Shown here: positions 1-13,934 of the stretch, one piece after another
How positions within the stretch are numbered: position 1 is the first letter of the stretch
Layout: every line of letters begins with the position of its first letter
Source of the DNA: Octopus vulgaris
Lineage: Eukaryota
NCBI GenBank assembly: GCA_951406725.2
Contig: OX597822.1
Location: 13,206,001 to 13,270,000 of the forward strand
DNA length: 64,000 nt
Direction of reading: 5' to 3'
Notes under the pieces: model-generated
What the model was told of the DNA's origin: nothing
Database searches by the model: none
What the model saw: the letters and a program-made list of their open reading frames with translations, nothing else
Translations under genes and position numbers: made by a program

Positions 1-419
1 TTATATATACAAATGTATACAAATTATATATATATATATATATATAAATTAAATTAGAGATAAAACCACTATTAGGCAAATCAAACAGTGAAAAACATAA
101 ACCAAAACATAAAAATATATATACAATATATATGTATACAAAATTTATAAAATATAAAACATAAAAATTTTAATTATTTAAATTTAAAATTAAAAATAAT
201 AATTAATATTTATATTTAAAAAAATATATATAACTATCGAAAAATACTAAAAAGTTTAATATACATAAATACAGCTATATACACTTTGTATATATACATT
301 ATATATACATTATATATACATATTTATATATAGAACACACACACACACATATATAAATTAACCCAATAAATATCTGATTCATAATATTTGTTCTCATGAA
401 TGTGTGGCGGTGGTGGCGA

Positions 420-855
420 ATTATAATTCTCTCTATGAATGCAGACAGACGTAGAGAGAGAGAGAGAGAGAGTGAAAGCGCTGTCGAAGGCGGGGAGGGG
501 GAGATATAGGACGTTGTGAAACGACGTTATAAAGAGAAGGTGAAGGGAGGTAAACGCTGTGAAACGACGATATAGATATATGTGAAAGGAAGGGAGGAAA
601 GAGTGAGTGAGGGAGGAAGACAAATACATAAAAGAATGAGAGAAGACTTGTCAAAGTGCTTTTTTGGCCCTAGCAACGACACCTTTTAAGATGGGGATTT
701 CTAACCTAGCCCACTCGCATCCACACCTCATTTTACATGTCTCTGTAAATTTTGGAGTCAATCCGACGGGATCTAGTGGCCTTTAACCCGTTCTTAATGC
801 CAAAACCACACAAACAAACAAACAAACTTTTCGCATTTCAAAATTATAATATAGA
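420..855 (-). mobile_element. Non-autonomous Helitron-like element, 5' terminal segment
   Basis: Plus strand ends caaacaaacaaacttttcgcatt...ataatatagat, so the minus strand starts A|TCTATATTATAA. This is the typical TC 5' end of Lep1/HINE-like Helitrons. No 3' CTAG end was found. Confidence 0.4.
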
Positions 856-861
856 TATGTA

Positions 862-986
<125 letters not shown>

Positions 987-1040
987 TTATATGTACATGG
1001 ATGTGTATGTGCATATAAATATATATATATATAGATATGT

Positions 1041-1080
<40 letters not shown>

Positions 1081-1131
1081 GCGATCGAGAAGTGGAGGCA
1101 CGTAACATTTGATAAATCTATTTTAGTGGAA

Positions 1132-1210
1132 GTTTACTCTGACGAAGGACATGGAATTAATATTTTATTATATTCCTAATCCAGAAACGCGTTCGCAAAT
1201 AACTGTTAGA
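1132..1210 (+). ncRNA. Degenerate type-I hammerhead-like motif (Penelope LTR type)
   Basis: CTGACGA core (1139-1145), GGA/TCC and GGAAT/ATTCC helix II, then GAAA followed by palindromic CGCG-TT. Helix I pairs poorly. Confidence 0.4.
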
Positions 1211-1440
1211 CTTTGTTTTCGTTATTTCTTCTTTCTGAATTACAGCGATATGTCGTATGTGGAGTCTTATTTGTAGAAAATAGAATTAAACAGTCTTTGA
1301 CTGCTATTTCTAATTTTTTCGATATGTGGCTAAGCCATCTGTTGCCTGCCTTTTTTATTTATATACAAAATATATATTGAACTTTTATAGAAGTTCCTAC
1401 CGTTAATGGTTATATATATAAATATATATATATACGTATG

Positions 1441-1510
<70 letters not shown>

Positions 1511-1633
1511 TATGTATACATATATATATATATATATATTTATATATAGGTATAAGTTTATATATATGTGTGTGAATGGAAGTGCGAGTGTGCATGTACA
1601 TCTACACATGTAAATGGTATGCAAGTTATTCAG

Positions 1634-1680
1634 CAGTTACTGTATTTCAGTATATCTCTGGTTAATACCTTCTTCAGCCA
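1634..1680 (-). ncRNA. Degenerate hammerhead-like motif
   Basis: Minus strand reads CTGAAGA-A-GGTAT(loop)ATACT-GAAA. Helix III, the cleavage triplet and helix I are not clean. Confidence 0.3.
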
Positions 1681-1765
1681 TATTTACGGATTATTGACTG
1701 CAGGTTAATCACCATCCTTATTAATCTAGTGCACAAGGAAATGAATGGCGTCACTATTCATGATA

Positions 1766-1817
<52 letters not shown>

Positions 1818-1939
1818 TGTCTGTCTGTCAGTGTATGTTTGTGTGTGCGAGTGAGATTGTGTGTGTATATATACTAGTCAGAAAAATAAACAAGACCGTT
1901 GTAAATATATATATAGAAACATATATATATTTATACATA

Positions 1940-2006
<67 letters not shown>

Positions 2007-2043
2007 TGTAGGAGTTGCATAATAGTGATTTTATCTCTAATTT

Positions 2044-2077
<34 letters not shown>

Positions 2078-2246
2078 GGCACTTTTCGGACGATTATGGT
2101 GCCTTTTAGTGTATATGCTTTCATCTTTCAACCGTGTGCGATGACTACAGCATTTGAGCGCTTTAGTTCTTATTTCTAGCTGTGTAGGTATTTCCTAAAA
2201 CCCTCGTTTCGGTGAAACATTGCAGACTGCTCATTTTAAACTCATG

Positions 2247-2281
<35 letters not shown>

Positions 2282-2479
2282 GTATGTATGTATATGCATA
2301 AACATACGTACGTACATATACGAAACATACACATATATAGTTCTTGTAATTATATAACCATGTATATTATGTATCTATACATTATATATAAATAGAAGCA
2401 TGCATACATAGACACACAAAAACAGACACATTTAATGTACTCAGTTCGTATAGTATATATTTAAGCACGCAGACACACA

Positions 2480-3260
2480 GATAGATAAATATATAAGTAA
2501 CTACATATATGCATACATACATACATACACACATACGTATATACATACATACAGACATACATGCATGCATGCTTACATTCATACATACATAGAAACATAC
2601 ATACGTACGTACATACATATATATTTACTTACATATATACATTCATACCATTCATACATATATACGCTTGCATACACACATACATGTATACATTCGTATA
2701 TACATACATACATTCATACATACATTTATGCATATATACAACCATACATGCATACATTCATGCATACAAACATACATACATACATACATACATGCATGCA
2801 TACATACATACATACAAACATACATACATACATACATACATACATACATACATACATACATGCATACATACATACATACACACATACACACACACATATA
2901 TACATACATACATACATGCATACATACATACATACATACATACATACATACATACATACATACATACATACATACATACATTCATGCATACAAACATACA
3001 TACATACATGCATGCATGCATACATACATACAAACATACATACATACATACATACATACATACCTACATACATAAATACATACATACATACATAAATACA
3101 TACATACATACATAAATACATACATACATACATGCATAAATACATACATACATACATACATAAATACATACATACATACATACATACATACATACATGCA
3201 TACATACAAACATACTTACATACATACATTCACACATTCATACATCCATACATACACACA
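2480..3260. repeat. (TACA)n imperfect microsatellite
   Basis: Direct observation; source of the spurious YIHT/MYVC ORFs. Confidence 0.95.
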
Positions 3261-3559
3261 CACAGTTATTCCAGGTTATCTCTCTGCATAGTTTACTTAT
3301 ATAATTCATTATTCCCAGAGCTGGATTTATTGTGCTCCCTGTCTGTCGAATCCATTGAACGCTTGAGATCTCCGTTTAAAATCGAATCACGTAACTTAGA
3401 CTACTAATCGCTTTGTGCAAGTCATTGGCACCACACAATTTCATTACATTCCCTTTATAATATGCTGGCCTTGTTCCTATGCATGAAATTAATATTGTAA
3501 AAGTAGATTGCCAGCTTCTTATGGAATGATACTAATATATAATGAGTTATAATTACCAC

Positions 3560-5760
3560 CCGGTTCCGATACCGAATGGTGGAAGATTACTTCATTTCGT
3601 TTGAGAAAGACTTCGATGTCATAATTTCGTTTTACAGTATTCTGTCTTTTGTGCTTAGTGAAGAAAGAGCCAGTTATACAAATGAAGAGAAACTGTGTGT
3701 CAGCAGAATTTATTTGTAATGTAGGCGTTTTAAGCTGGAAGAGCGAACACAGCTCCATTCGAATTCGCGTTTCAGAACAGAAGTGAATCCAGATAGATTT
3801 TTTAAGAAATTCAGAACCAATAACGTAAATGTATTTATAATATATTTTGAAAGGAATCCTTTAACTATTATTATGCGCAGACGAAGACTAACTCAGTCCT
3901 CGATGCCCCACACAAGGGCAATGTACAAGCTAAGGGAATCTTACTGAGGACCTGGAAACGTTTTTAACATTGTAACGTTTTCACAAGACAATCATAAAGA
4001 CCTCTAAATAACTGTTGTGTTTTTTTGTTTTTTTGTTTTTTTGGTGGGTGGGGTAAGTGAAACCATGTCCGATGTGTATTTTACATTTCCTTACAGAAAC
4101 TTGCTTCGAGTTGATTTTTTAAAAATCTGTAATCTGAGGAGCGTTAACATTTCTGAGAGTCGATCACTAACCAGGCAACTCCTCAGCTAAGCAGTTTTTG
4201 ATGCGTAAACGTGTAGACAGGCAGAACCATCTTATCGTGAGCCAAATTTATTTGTTTTAATACATGCGAGTTGTTGGTATGTCATTTAGAATAAAGTTCT
4301 ACTTTCTTTTCACTTTCAAATCATCTGAGTAACTGAACAAGATCACGATACTTCATAACGATGTTCTTGGATCAGGCTTACGGAATCGTACACTAATATC
4401 AACGTAAAAGTGCATTTCACGTCTTATTCATTTAAAGGCATCATATATTTCGTTATAGTCATTTGAAGAACTTAGGAATCGATTCCCGCTTAAAGTCCAC
4501 ATGTTGAAAGAATCGCAGAAGTCTTCTTTCTGAAGATCGTGTGCCACTGTTTAAGAACCAATATTGTATTACGTCAACCGCTTCAAAGATGTTCCTTTTC
4601 AATTTCAATTTCTTCACTTTCTGAAACACGAAAAAATTACAGCTCGTTAGGTCAAATGAGTAGGGAAGACAAACATCGTAGCAATGCGTTTGGCTGTTCA
4701 GGTATTCCTGGAGAATCTCCTGTCTGAATCCATAACTTATTCAAGACATGTGAGAGAGCTGCGATCATGTGACTGCAGGTGCCTCAGGAGAGAAATTGGC
4801 GTTTCATTGTAGTTGTAGTGAAAACAAATAGAATTTTTTTAAATCAGAACAAGGAGAGAATAATTAAAATGGTGGAAGTAATTCCTTAAATTATTTTCAT
4901 AGCCCACTCCAACTGAGATTTTCTTTCATTTCAACTTCAAAGACTTGAATTTTTCAGGGTTGATTACTTGTTAGACATTAGGCAATAATTGAAGTTATTG
5001 GTCATGGTCCTCACGGATTTGTTCTCGATGTTTCCTAGTTTCAATGGATTTTGGTCTCTTTGAACACTCGTCTTCAACTCACACTAGCCCAGCTTTGAAA
5101 CACGTGTGCCTTTCGAAAATCTGAATTCCGGCTCAAGAATATTTGCCAAAAAGTTTGATGAAGTACTTCAAGAATCTCCGTAGCAGATAAGCTAAGCTTC
5201 GAGGAAAAGCTTGGCGCAAGCACGTTCTTCAAATTTTCTGCCAAATCTTCGTAAAAGGTCGCTGAGCTGCTCAAACACAACACTATGTACCCCTTATAGC
5301 ATGAAGTCTATTTATTCATAGATTCAGTAGACAGGCCACGATGATCGCAAACTGTACAGGCGTTTCTCTTAAGTAGCAGAATTACAGGACATGCAAATCC
5401 GAAACTTTGTAATAATACTTTGTAAACATGAAGATGGTTTTCAACATAAGTAAGCGATAAGCTAGGGAAATGAGAAGCATTACTTTTGAACTCGCATTTT
5501 ATTTAATTCAAAGATGCACCCTATCACTCACACGTACACACACATACAGTTGATGAAGTAGTATACTTTAGATAAACAGTTTCTGAGAAATTCCTTTAAG
5601 AATAAGTAAAAAAAAATTAAGAAAATTTCCATAAAGGATTTCAGCTTCAAGAACTGTTACCAATTTACGAATTGATTCCAGATTGCACGCTACGAACGCC
5701 TTACTAGTCTTCTCTTATTTCCTTTGCTAATAACTATTCTGCTGGAAATGACTTGAACAT
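3560..5760 (-). mobile_element. Highly degraded hAT (Buster/Charlie, ZBED5/8-like) transposase remnant, interrupted by a mariner
   Basis: Minus-strand fragments resemble hAT motifs: C-L..ASKT..EEL..VN, FCKEM*NTH, and ICITG..TKHKRQN..DIEVFL (compare YLCExGFS..KTKxRNRL..DxR). Many stops. Confidence 0.35.
4356..5424 (-). mobile_element. Degraded mariner (Tc1/mariner) transposon
   Basis: N-terminal KLSLSATEILEVLHQTF..LSRNS (HTH region). C-terminal PYSFDLTSCNFFVFQKVK (YSPDLAP motif) near 4600-4660 and QKEDFCDSFNMW..NDY. TIR-like tacaaagtattattacaaagtttcggat ends near 5424. Confidence 0.75.
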
Positions 5761-6106
5761 TACTGAAAAAATTGAAAAACTGAATTCTATGAAGTTGGTC
5801 CTTTTCTGCAACGGTGAGAGGGGCGCAGATATAAGCAAAAGGTAATTAGGGACGCAAAAAATATTCTACCTTCAACGATAGGTGCAACGACAAAAAACAA
5901 TTAGCACATTACTAGAGGAAAATATTACTTCTAATTATTTATTTTTATTTATTTTACTTTACTTTTTAATTTTTATTCGTGTTTTATTTTTATTCCCAAA
6001 ACTAAGTAAGTACTAATTATCCATGCCAACGATTTGCGGATATCCGTGGTTCGCAATAGGAATGATTGGTTTTCGAGTGATTGGAATGTTGTGATGTTAC
6101 GCATTG

Positions 6107-6163
<57 letters not shown>

Positions 6164-6580
6164 TTTGTTGGTGTATGTGTTATTGAGTGCCGTTTTTATT
6201 TATGTATTTTTATTTTTATTTTCTCCGTAATAAACTGAGCATATAATGGCTGCTGAAGAAGAAACAAAGACAATCAGACAGCAGAAGAAAGGTAAAACAA
6301 AAAAATACCTGTGAAAAGCTTCTGCATTGTAAACCTAGCCTGTGATATTTGCACTAGCAGAAACATTGCAATGCGCATACACACGCGCGCACACACATAT
6401 ACACACACACGTATAAGCATTCCAGAATACTTATACAAATATGCTAACACATATTTACATATACACACGTAGGGTTTACATATGCATACGCATGCATAAA
6501 CGTATAAATATGAATATAAATATATGTACGTATACATCCATAGATAGATAGATACTTACATGTATAAGTGTGTGTGAGTG

Positions 6581-6631
<51 letters not shown>

Positions 6632-6780
6632 CAGAAGTAACAGAGTGACTAAATTTCCTAGAGTTTCTTGCTTTGGAAACTCTTGGACCTTGAACTACTC
6701 TATTACTTCTACTAAATATCAATAAAAGATACACATATATTTATATTTTCAATTCTATTTTTCCCGTCTGCACCAACATA

Positions 6781-6843
<63 letters not shown>

Positions 6844-6915
6844 TGTGTATAAAATTTTTCCTAAACTGGTTTTTCACGCTGGATATTTGATAAATTATTA
6901 TATAGATTTAATCCT

Positions 6916-6957
<42 letters not shown>

Positions 6958-6962
<5 letters not shown>

Positions 6963-7045
6963 TTCTTTCAGTTTCCACTCACAAGGTCGGCCCGGGGCTA
7001 TACCATAAGAAACATGCCAAAGGTGCCACTACGTGGCACTGTACA
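6958..7045 (-). mobile_element. OR2-like CORE-SINE fragment
   Basis: Matches the internal part of the full copy at 39570-39975. Confidence 0.7.
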
Positions 7046-7098
7046 CACACACTCGCACGCCCGTATATATATATATACACACATACACACACAGACAA

Positions 7099-7139
<41 letters not shown>

Positions 7140-7553
7140 TTCACACACTCACACACTCACACACATATATTTATAATAAATAGCCAGTCAATTTCATTAC
7201 CCACTACGCGTATGTTTGCATATACCAGCAAGTATTTTATGGTGCTGTTATGATCAGAAGTAATCGGTATATCGATATCGATAAATATATATATTTTTTA
7301 TAAACTTGATATCTAATGTTAATATCACTATATGCGTTTATGTGCAGAAGATACTTTGATTTCTCGTTTATTTCCATTGAGACATGTTAAAATATTGTCA
7401 ATTTACTGTTTGCTATGATATTGTTAATGTTTACGTATCATCCTATGAAGATAAATTTCTGATGTTGGTATATGGTCGAAAGTGTTTTATTTGGGGCGTC
7501 TTCAGTTGATTAACTCGACTATCATAATATAAAAGAGTAGAGATACCTGAGTC

Positions 7554-7585
<32 letters not shown>

Positions 7586-7587
<2 letters not shown>

Positions 7588-7641
7588 GAGGCTCATGACC
7601 AAGTGGTTAGAGCAGTCGACTCACGGTCGAGGGATCGCGGG
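7586..7641 (+). mobile_element. tRNA-derived SINE head (same family as 10193-10479)
   Basis: ggaggctcatgaccaagtggttagagcagtcgactcacggtcgagggatcgcgggt, an A-box-containing head. Confidence 0.7.
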
Positions 7642-8340
7642 TGTACAAAACAAACAGATGTATTAGTATAGCACTCAGGAATAGAAAAAGTCTTTTACGT
7701 ATCGAGCCTACGCTCGTCTACAGAAAGGGACACAGAAAAAAACAAGGAGAGAAACAAGGAGAGAAAAAAATGTGTGTAGTGGCTAGCGATCTATCATGGC
7801 AACTGCCGGACAGAAGGGTCACACAGGAGAGCGAAGAAGTAGGGGAGATAAGAAAGTAAAGATGACCCCCAACACGAAGGTGCGTGTATGTATAAGAGAG
7901 TATTATGTGCGTGTGAAAGAGGGCTGGTGGTCTGGCTGTGTGCGTGTATGTATGTGTAGGTGTGAAGATGTGGGGATGGGAATTGGTCAGTGCTGGTGTG
8001 TGGGTGGTGTGTTGTGATGTGTAATGTTGTATGGTGTAGTGTGGTGTGGTGTGATGTTGTAGGAATGTGTAGGGGTGGGGTGGGCTTATGGGAAGGATTG
8101 ACGATGAAGGGGAAGGGGAAGGTGGGTATGTGTGAAGAGAGAGTATATATATATGTTTGACGTAAGTCAGAAAGAAGTGAGGAAACAACTAACAAGAGGT
8201 ATTAGTGTGACGTTCAGTAAAAAATGGAGAAGCCTTTAACGTTTGGAGCCTACGCTTCTCCGTAGAAATCAATGTGGAGAGAAAACACTGCGACAGAAAA
8301 AATACAAGAAAATTTTTTTTTCAACTTTCTGAATTGACGG
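7642..8340 (-). mobile_element. Non-autonomous Penelope-type element with two direct hammerhead-like boxes flanking a GT-rich interior
   Basis: Minus 7692-7727 reads CTTT-CTGTAGA-C-GAGC(GTAG)GCTC-GATA-CG-TA-AAAG. A second, more decayed copy lies at 8234-8268. Confidence 0.5.
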
Positions 8341-8757
8341 TTGCACATCTTGTAGTTTAATTTTAAAGTTAGTGTTTAAACCTGCCTATATAAATGGTTA
8401 TTAAGCTTTCACTTTCATATTATACTATGGAAGACTGTAGGGAATTTTTTTTGCATGACTTAAAGGTTTGGCCGGTATTTAGTTAGATATTTAGGAGTTG
8501 GTTATAGATTTACTGATTGAATTTATTTACCGATGCTGTTGTACACAGGATGAATGTGTTTCAAAGTTGTGTTTCTTTGGTATGTTTGTGCCCAAACAAC
8601 ACTTATTTTAGCGGTGTTGATACCACCGGATTGAATGGTAATGCCCAGGTGTTGAAACCATGATGATATCTGTGGGGCACCTGATGATGGAGGTACGTTA
8701 GACTGTTGGCATAGCTGTATTTTTTTTATATGTGGAGTAGTATTATATCACAACATT

Positions 8758-8837
<80 letters not shown>

Positions 8838-9658
8838 CTCGCCGCGAGGCGAGCGCAGACTGAGGAAGATCTCCCATCCGACAAGTTTCGGCCCTTATAG
8901 CTAACACTTCATGGGAGCCCGGCCTACCTTGGTCATGACTCCTAAGTGTTCTCCTACTGCTTTCCAAAATTCTGTCCCAGCGGAATTTGAACTTGGGTCG
9001 TTCTTTTTGTGAACTTGCGTTCCCAGGTCTGTATTTCAGCCTTCTAGGCTACCCTGACCGACGAAAGAACTAAGACTCTTCTTCCTTATATTCCTGTACA
9101 TAACCAATGGAATCGATAACTAGATTCATTGGTCATTTCTCTTCGCCCATATCCAGAATGAGCTCATTTCATCAAAGCCATACAAGCGTTTGATTGTGGC
9201 GGCTCTTCTGCGGACATTGATACCCAATTCATGCAGCCACGAATTCTCGCGATCCGACTTCGACTGGGTTCACAGTACAGTGGTAACCCTTACACCCTAG
9301 CTCCTTTGCCAGCTCACCCTATTTGCTCATCTTAAATATATGCTGCTGTTCTATGCGACTCTCATAATGTACTTACAGTACTAACAATTCAATGAAACTC
9401 ACTTTGTCTGGTCTCAGACCATTCTTGGGGATGAACTTTGGGTAGATCTTGTGGCTATTTTCCAGGAATCTTTGCGCCAAATAGGTTCCTTCTTCCCAGA
9501 AATTCATATCCAGTTATCTTATTCGTTCCAGTTCATTCCTTTCCTTCTTTAGTTACAAACGCCACTTGTCAATTGGTTGTGTCCCACTGCATATGGTCCC
9601 AGATTGAAGTGAACAATACATCCACCACTCTGTTGTGTCTCCATATTTATCTGCCATC
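8838..9658 (-). mobile_element. HERO-like (RLE-type) non-LTR retrotransposon, 3' fragment
   Basis: Minus translation gives GR*IWRHNRVV, GLRPD..FIEL, YESRIEQQHIFKMSK*GELAKEL..GY..PVEVGSREF, a restriction-like endonuclease domain. The 3' UTR runs into (TA)n. Confidence 0.8.
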
Positions 9659-9691
9659 AAACACACAAGCACAGACACAAACACACACATA

Positions 9692-9771
<80 letters not shown>

Positions 9772-9777
9772 TATATG

Positions 9778-9805
<28 letters not shown>

Positions 9806-9808
<3 letters not shown>

Positions 9809-10165
9809 AATGTTATGACTTTGATTTTTTGGAAGTAAACAATTTCCTGTATCAAAAGTCGAAGCACAATTTTATATATGTAAGGAAAATAATCTTTCAC
9901 CCTCAAATGAAAAAATCTGACATCACTTTTGACCCAAATCGTGCAAAATTCTAGGGTGTGGCGGTTCATAATGCCTACTCAAGTTTTGACCAAACTGACG
10001 TGCTTACTTAATGCAATGCACAAGAAGTATATCTCAAATTTCAGCTTTCAAGTTTAAGTATTTTAGGAGTTATAGAGCTTTTAGTTTGTTACCACTTAGG
10101 CCCTACATTAGGAAATATCTCCTTCCTCTCCTTTTTATTTCTGTAACGCTAAAAACCCTGACTAT
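9806..10165. mobile_element. Helentron/DINE-like non-autonomous element fragment
   Basis: Motif caaatttcagctttcaagtttaagtattttaggagttat, typical of DINE-1/HINE cores. Confidence 0.3.
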
Positions 10166-10192
10166 ATATCATATATATATATATATATATAT

Positions 10193-10476
10193 ATCACGTG
10201 ATCACGTGACCGACCAGACCATCAGACGTTGTTACATATCGCTGGTCACAATGCGTTCGCATTGTTTTAGCCTTCGAATGACGCCACTCCGCTGGCTAAG
10301 CGTGCAGGCCAACAGAAGAAAGAGTGGGAGAAAGAGTGGTGAAAGAATACAACAGGGATCACCACCCCCTGCCGGAGCATCGTGGAACTTTTTAGGTGTT
10401 TTCGCCCGGTCTGGGAATCGAAACCGTGATCCTACGACCGCGAGTCCGCTGCCCTAACCACTGGGCCATTGCGCCT

Positions 10477-10479
<3 letters not shown>
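10193..10479 (-). mobile_element. tRNA-derived SINE (octopus OK/OR-type)
   Basis: Minus head tggaggcgcaatggcccagtggttagggcagcggactcgcggtcgtaggatcacggtttcgattcccagacc with pol III A and B boxes; flanked by (TA)n. Confidence 0.85.
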
Positions 10480-10514
<35 letters not shown>

Positions 10515-10665
10515 ATTACATAATTCTTACATATAACGGAAGAGTAACCTACAATATTGAGCACAATGACCGCACAAGCCCTGAACCTAGTCAGTTTATA
10601 TATCTATCTATCTATCTATCTATATATATATATATATATATATATATGCATATATATATTGAGGG

Positions 10666-10712
<47 letters not shown>

Positions 10713-10759
10713 TCAATCCTGACAAAATACTTCATAAGCCCTTTATTGGCACCTTAGAC

Positions 10760-11228
10760 TAACAATATTATTTAGATTAGTGAAGAATTCCAAGTAATCT
10801 TTTGTAGGATCTCAGGTCCTGCTTCATCACTATTCTATATTGGAAATCTGTGGATGGGCTTCAGATAAACTGATTTTTACTGTGATATATAAGAAGCAAG
10901 TTAAAAATAATGGTCATTACATATAATCCCTTTGTTCATGCAAGTCTGGCGTACAACTGTTTACAGTAATCATTAGAGGTGCATTACTGATAGGTTTGCT
11001 CAATTGGTCTATTGATCAACTGAGGCAAATTGAAAGACCTAAGAAAATTATTGTTACTTTCGGCAGTCATTCTGGAATACGAGCGCGAAGCAGTGATGGG
11101 CATAAATAGAAACATTTTACCAGTTGAGATACGCAACACACGAAGAATATTTGATCCCGTAACAAAGACATTCACCGTTTCTATTACCTTGAATATTCTT
11201 GAAGCATATTTGGGCTGGAAAGAATTCT
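10760..11228 (-). mobile_element. Possible ancient CR1/L2 LINE endonuclease remnant
   Basis: FLRSFNLPQLINRP resembles the APE-domain segment FLxxFNLxQLVxxPTR. Weak. Confidence 0.25.
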
Positions 11229-11573
11229 GTGTGTGTGTGTGTGTGTGGTTTTGCGTGTATATGTGTGTGACTGGGTATGTGTGTATCTGCATGTGTGTAT
11301 AATTACTGACAGACAGACATAGAAAAATACTTTTTACCGCTGTTAAGAAAATAAATCTTGTTTTATTCGTACAAAAATATGACGCATTTTCACCCGTTTT
11401 CCTGCATTTTTCATATTCATACATACACGCATACATGCACACATATATATTTGTAAACGGTGGGATGAGAATTGAGGAAATTATTTTGCCATTTCTAACA
11501 GGTTGAGCAACCATGTAATGGCTACAAAATACAAATCATAAAACTTTAATTCACAACGTATATAGGCTAGTGC

Positions 11574-11613
<40 letters not shown>

Positions 11614-11892
11614 ATATGTGTGTGTGTGTGTATGTCATGTGTGTGTTCGTGCAAGTGTATTGAAGGAGAGCTTCAAGATTAGCGTGTATATGTGTTGGAA
11701 GGAGGTCGTAGAAATGGAAGAAGGAAAAAAGGTGGAGGAAGGAGACAACAAGGTTAGATGCCTTAATAGGGAATATATTGCTTTCATCTTTCTTTCTTAT
11801 TCCTCTTTCATCTTTTCTTGAAGGCAAAATGGCTTAAGATGAAGGCAAGGAGTATGATTTGATGGGTTTTTTCCTTTAAATTATGCATAATT

Positions 11893-11954
<62 letters not shown>

Positions 11955-12558
11955 ATGTATGTATGTATGTATGTATGTATGTATGTATGTATGTGTTTGG
12001 GTCTGATGGCGTGTCAGTTTTCACTATACAATGTAATCATGTAAGCGTTGAGGTATATCTATTTATACTCTATTTATACACACACTTTCCCACACACAGA
12101 CACAGATACAAACACACACACACACACACATACATGTGGTTCTATATACGTGGGTGTATGCTTTTCTGTAAGCATACATATAGATGCACATATTTATAAC
12201 CATACATGCAAATATATATTTACAAACATACACACACACATACACACACACACACAGAGAGATACATACACACAGTCACTCACACAAACACACACACAAA
12301 CTCAAACACACACATATATATATATGCACAAATATACAGAATAGATAGATATAGATGTATATAAATACATCAATATTTCTGTCTGTGTGTGTATGTATGT
12401 AGATATATTTGAACTCATATGAAATATACATACATATATATATTACACATCTATGTATGTTTGCATGTATATGTGTGTATGTGCATGTGCGTGCGTGTGT
12501 GTCTCTATGTGTAAACACACACACATACACACATACATACAAACACACACACACACAC

Positions 12559-12597
<39 letters not shown>

Positions 12598-12632
12598 TAT
12601 ATGCATAAATAGAAGCACATATATATGAATAC

Positions 12633-12670
<38 letters not shown>

Positions 12671-13089
12671 TTCGTATGTGTATTATAGACTTCGTTTTGA
12701 GTAGGAGCTTAAGTTTCGCTTGAGTGCAAATACACATGGATAAAAATGTTTTCAGGCAGTTAAAACTTAATCAAAGACACACACACACACACACATACAC
12801 ACATATACACATACACACCCACCCAAGACACACACGTACATCTGCGTTACGGGTATTACAGTTAGTTCACGTGTTGTACTAAGGAAACTCTTCCAACTCC
12901 TCAGAAAGGCGCTCTTCGCAGAATTGGTGCCCGGGATAGACGCTTGAATTCTCTGATCTCCACCACGCACGCGCCCATGCGCACAAACACACGCACATGT
13001 AAGTGTATAAATTCATACAACAGCAGTAAATGGGGGAATTCCATTGTTAATTGGAATAATGTATGAGCGGATATTTCATACCATATATT

Positions 13090-13298
13090 CTTTTATTCTT
13101 TTAATTGTTTTTGTCATTTAACTGTGGCCATGCTGGAGCACCGCCTTTAGTCGAACAAATCAACCCCATGATTTATTCTTTGTAAGTTTAGTAATTATTC
13201 TTTCGGTCCCTTCTGCCGAACCGGTAAGTTACGGGGACATAAACATCGGTTGTCAAGCGATCGTGTTGGTACAAACACACCAAACAGACACACACACA

Positions 13299-13300
<2 letters not shown>
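13090..13300 (-). mobile_element. OR2-like SINE, 3' half
   Basis: Similar to 39780-39975. Confidence 0.85.
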
Positions 13301-13348
<48 letters not shown>

Positions 13349-13408
13349 GTATATATATATATGTATATATATACATATATATATACATATATATACATAT
13401 ATATATAC

Positions 13409-13439
<31 letters not shown>

Positions 13440-13448
13440 CATATATAT

Positions 13449-13515
<67 letters not shown>

Positions 13516-13746
13516 TATATATTCTTTTACACTTTTACTTGCTTCAGTCATTTGACTGCGGCCATGCTGGAGCACCGCCGTTAGTCGAGCAAATCGACCC
13601 CGGGACTTATTCTTTGTAAGCCCAGTACTTATTATATCGGTCTCTTTTGCCGAATCGCTAAGTGACGGGGACGGACGGGGACGTAAACACACCAGCATCG
13701 GTTGTCAAGCAATGCTAGGGGGACAAACACAGACACACAAACACAT

Positions 13747-13791
<45 letters not shown>

Positions 13792-13934
13792 TACGACAGG
13801 CTTCTTTCAGTTTCCATCTACCAAATCCACTCACAAGGCATTGGTCGGCCCGGGGCTATAGCAGAAGACACTTGCACAAGATGCCACGCAGTGGGACTGA
13901 ACTCGGAACCATGTAGTTGGTTAGCAAACTACTT

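Noticed and set aside
8676-8725. CTGATGA hammerhead-like start
   Set aside because: No helix II closure or GAAA follows.
10400-10479. tRNA-like sequence
   Set aside because: It is a SINE head followed by SINE body; no complete cloverleaf acceptor stem.
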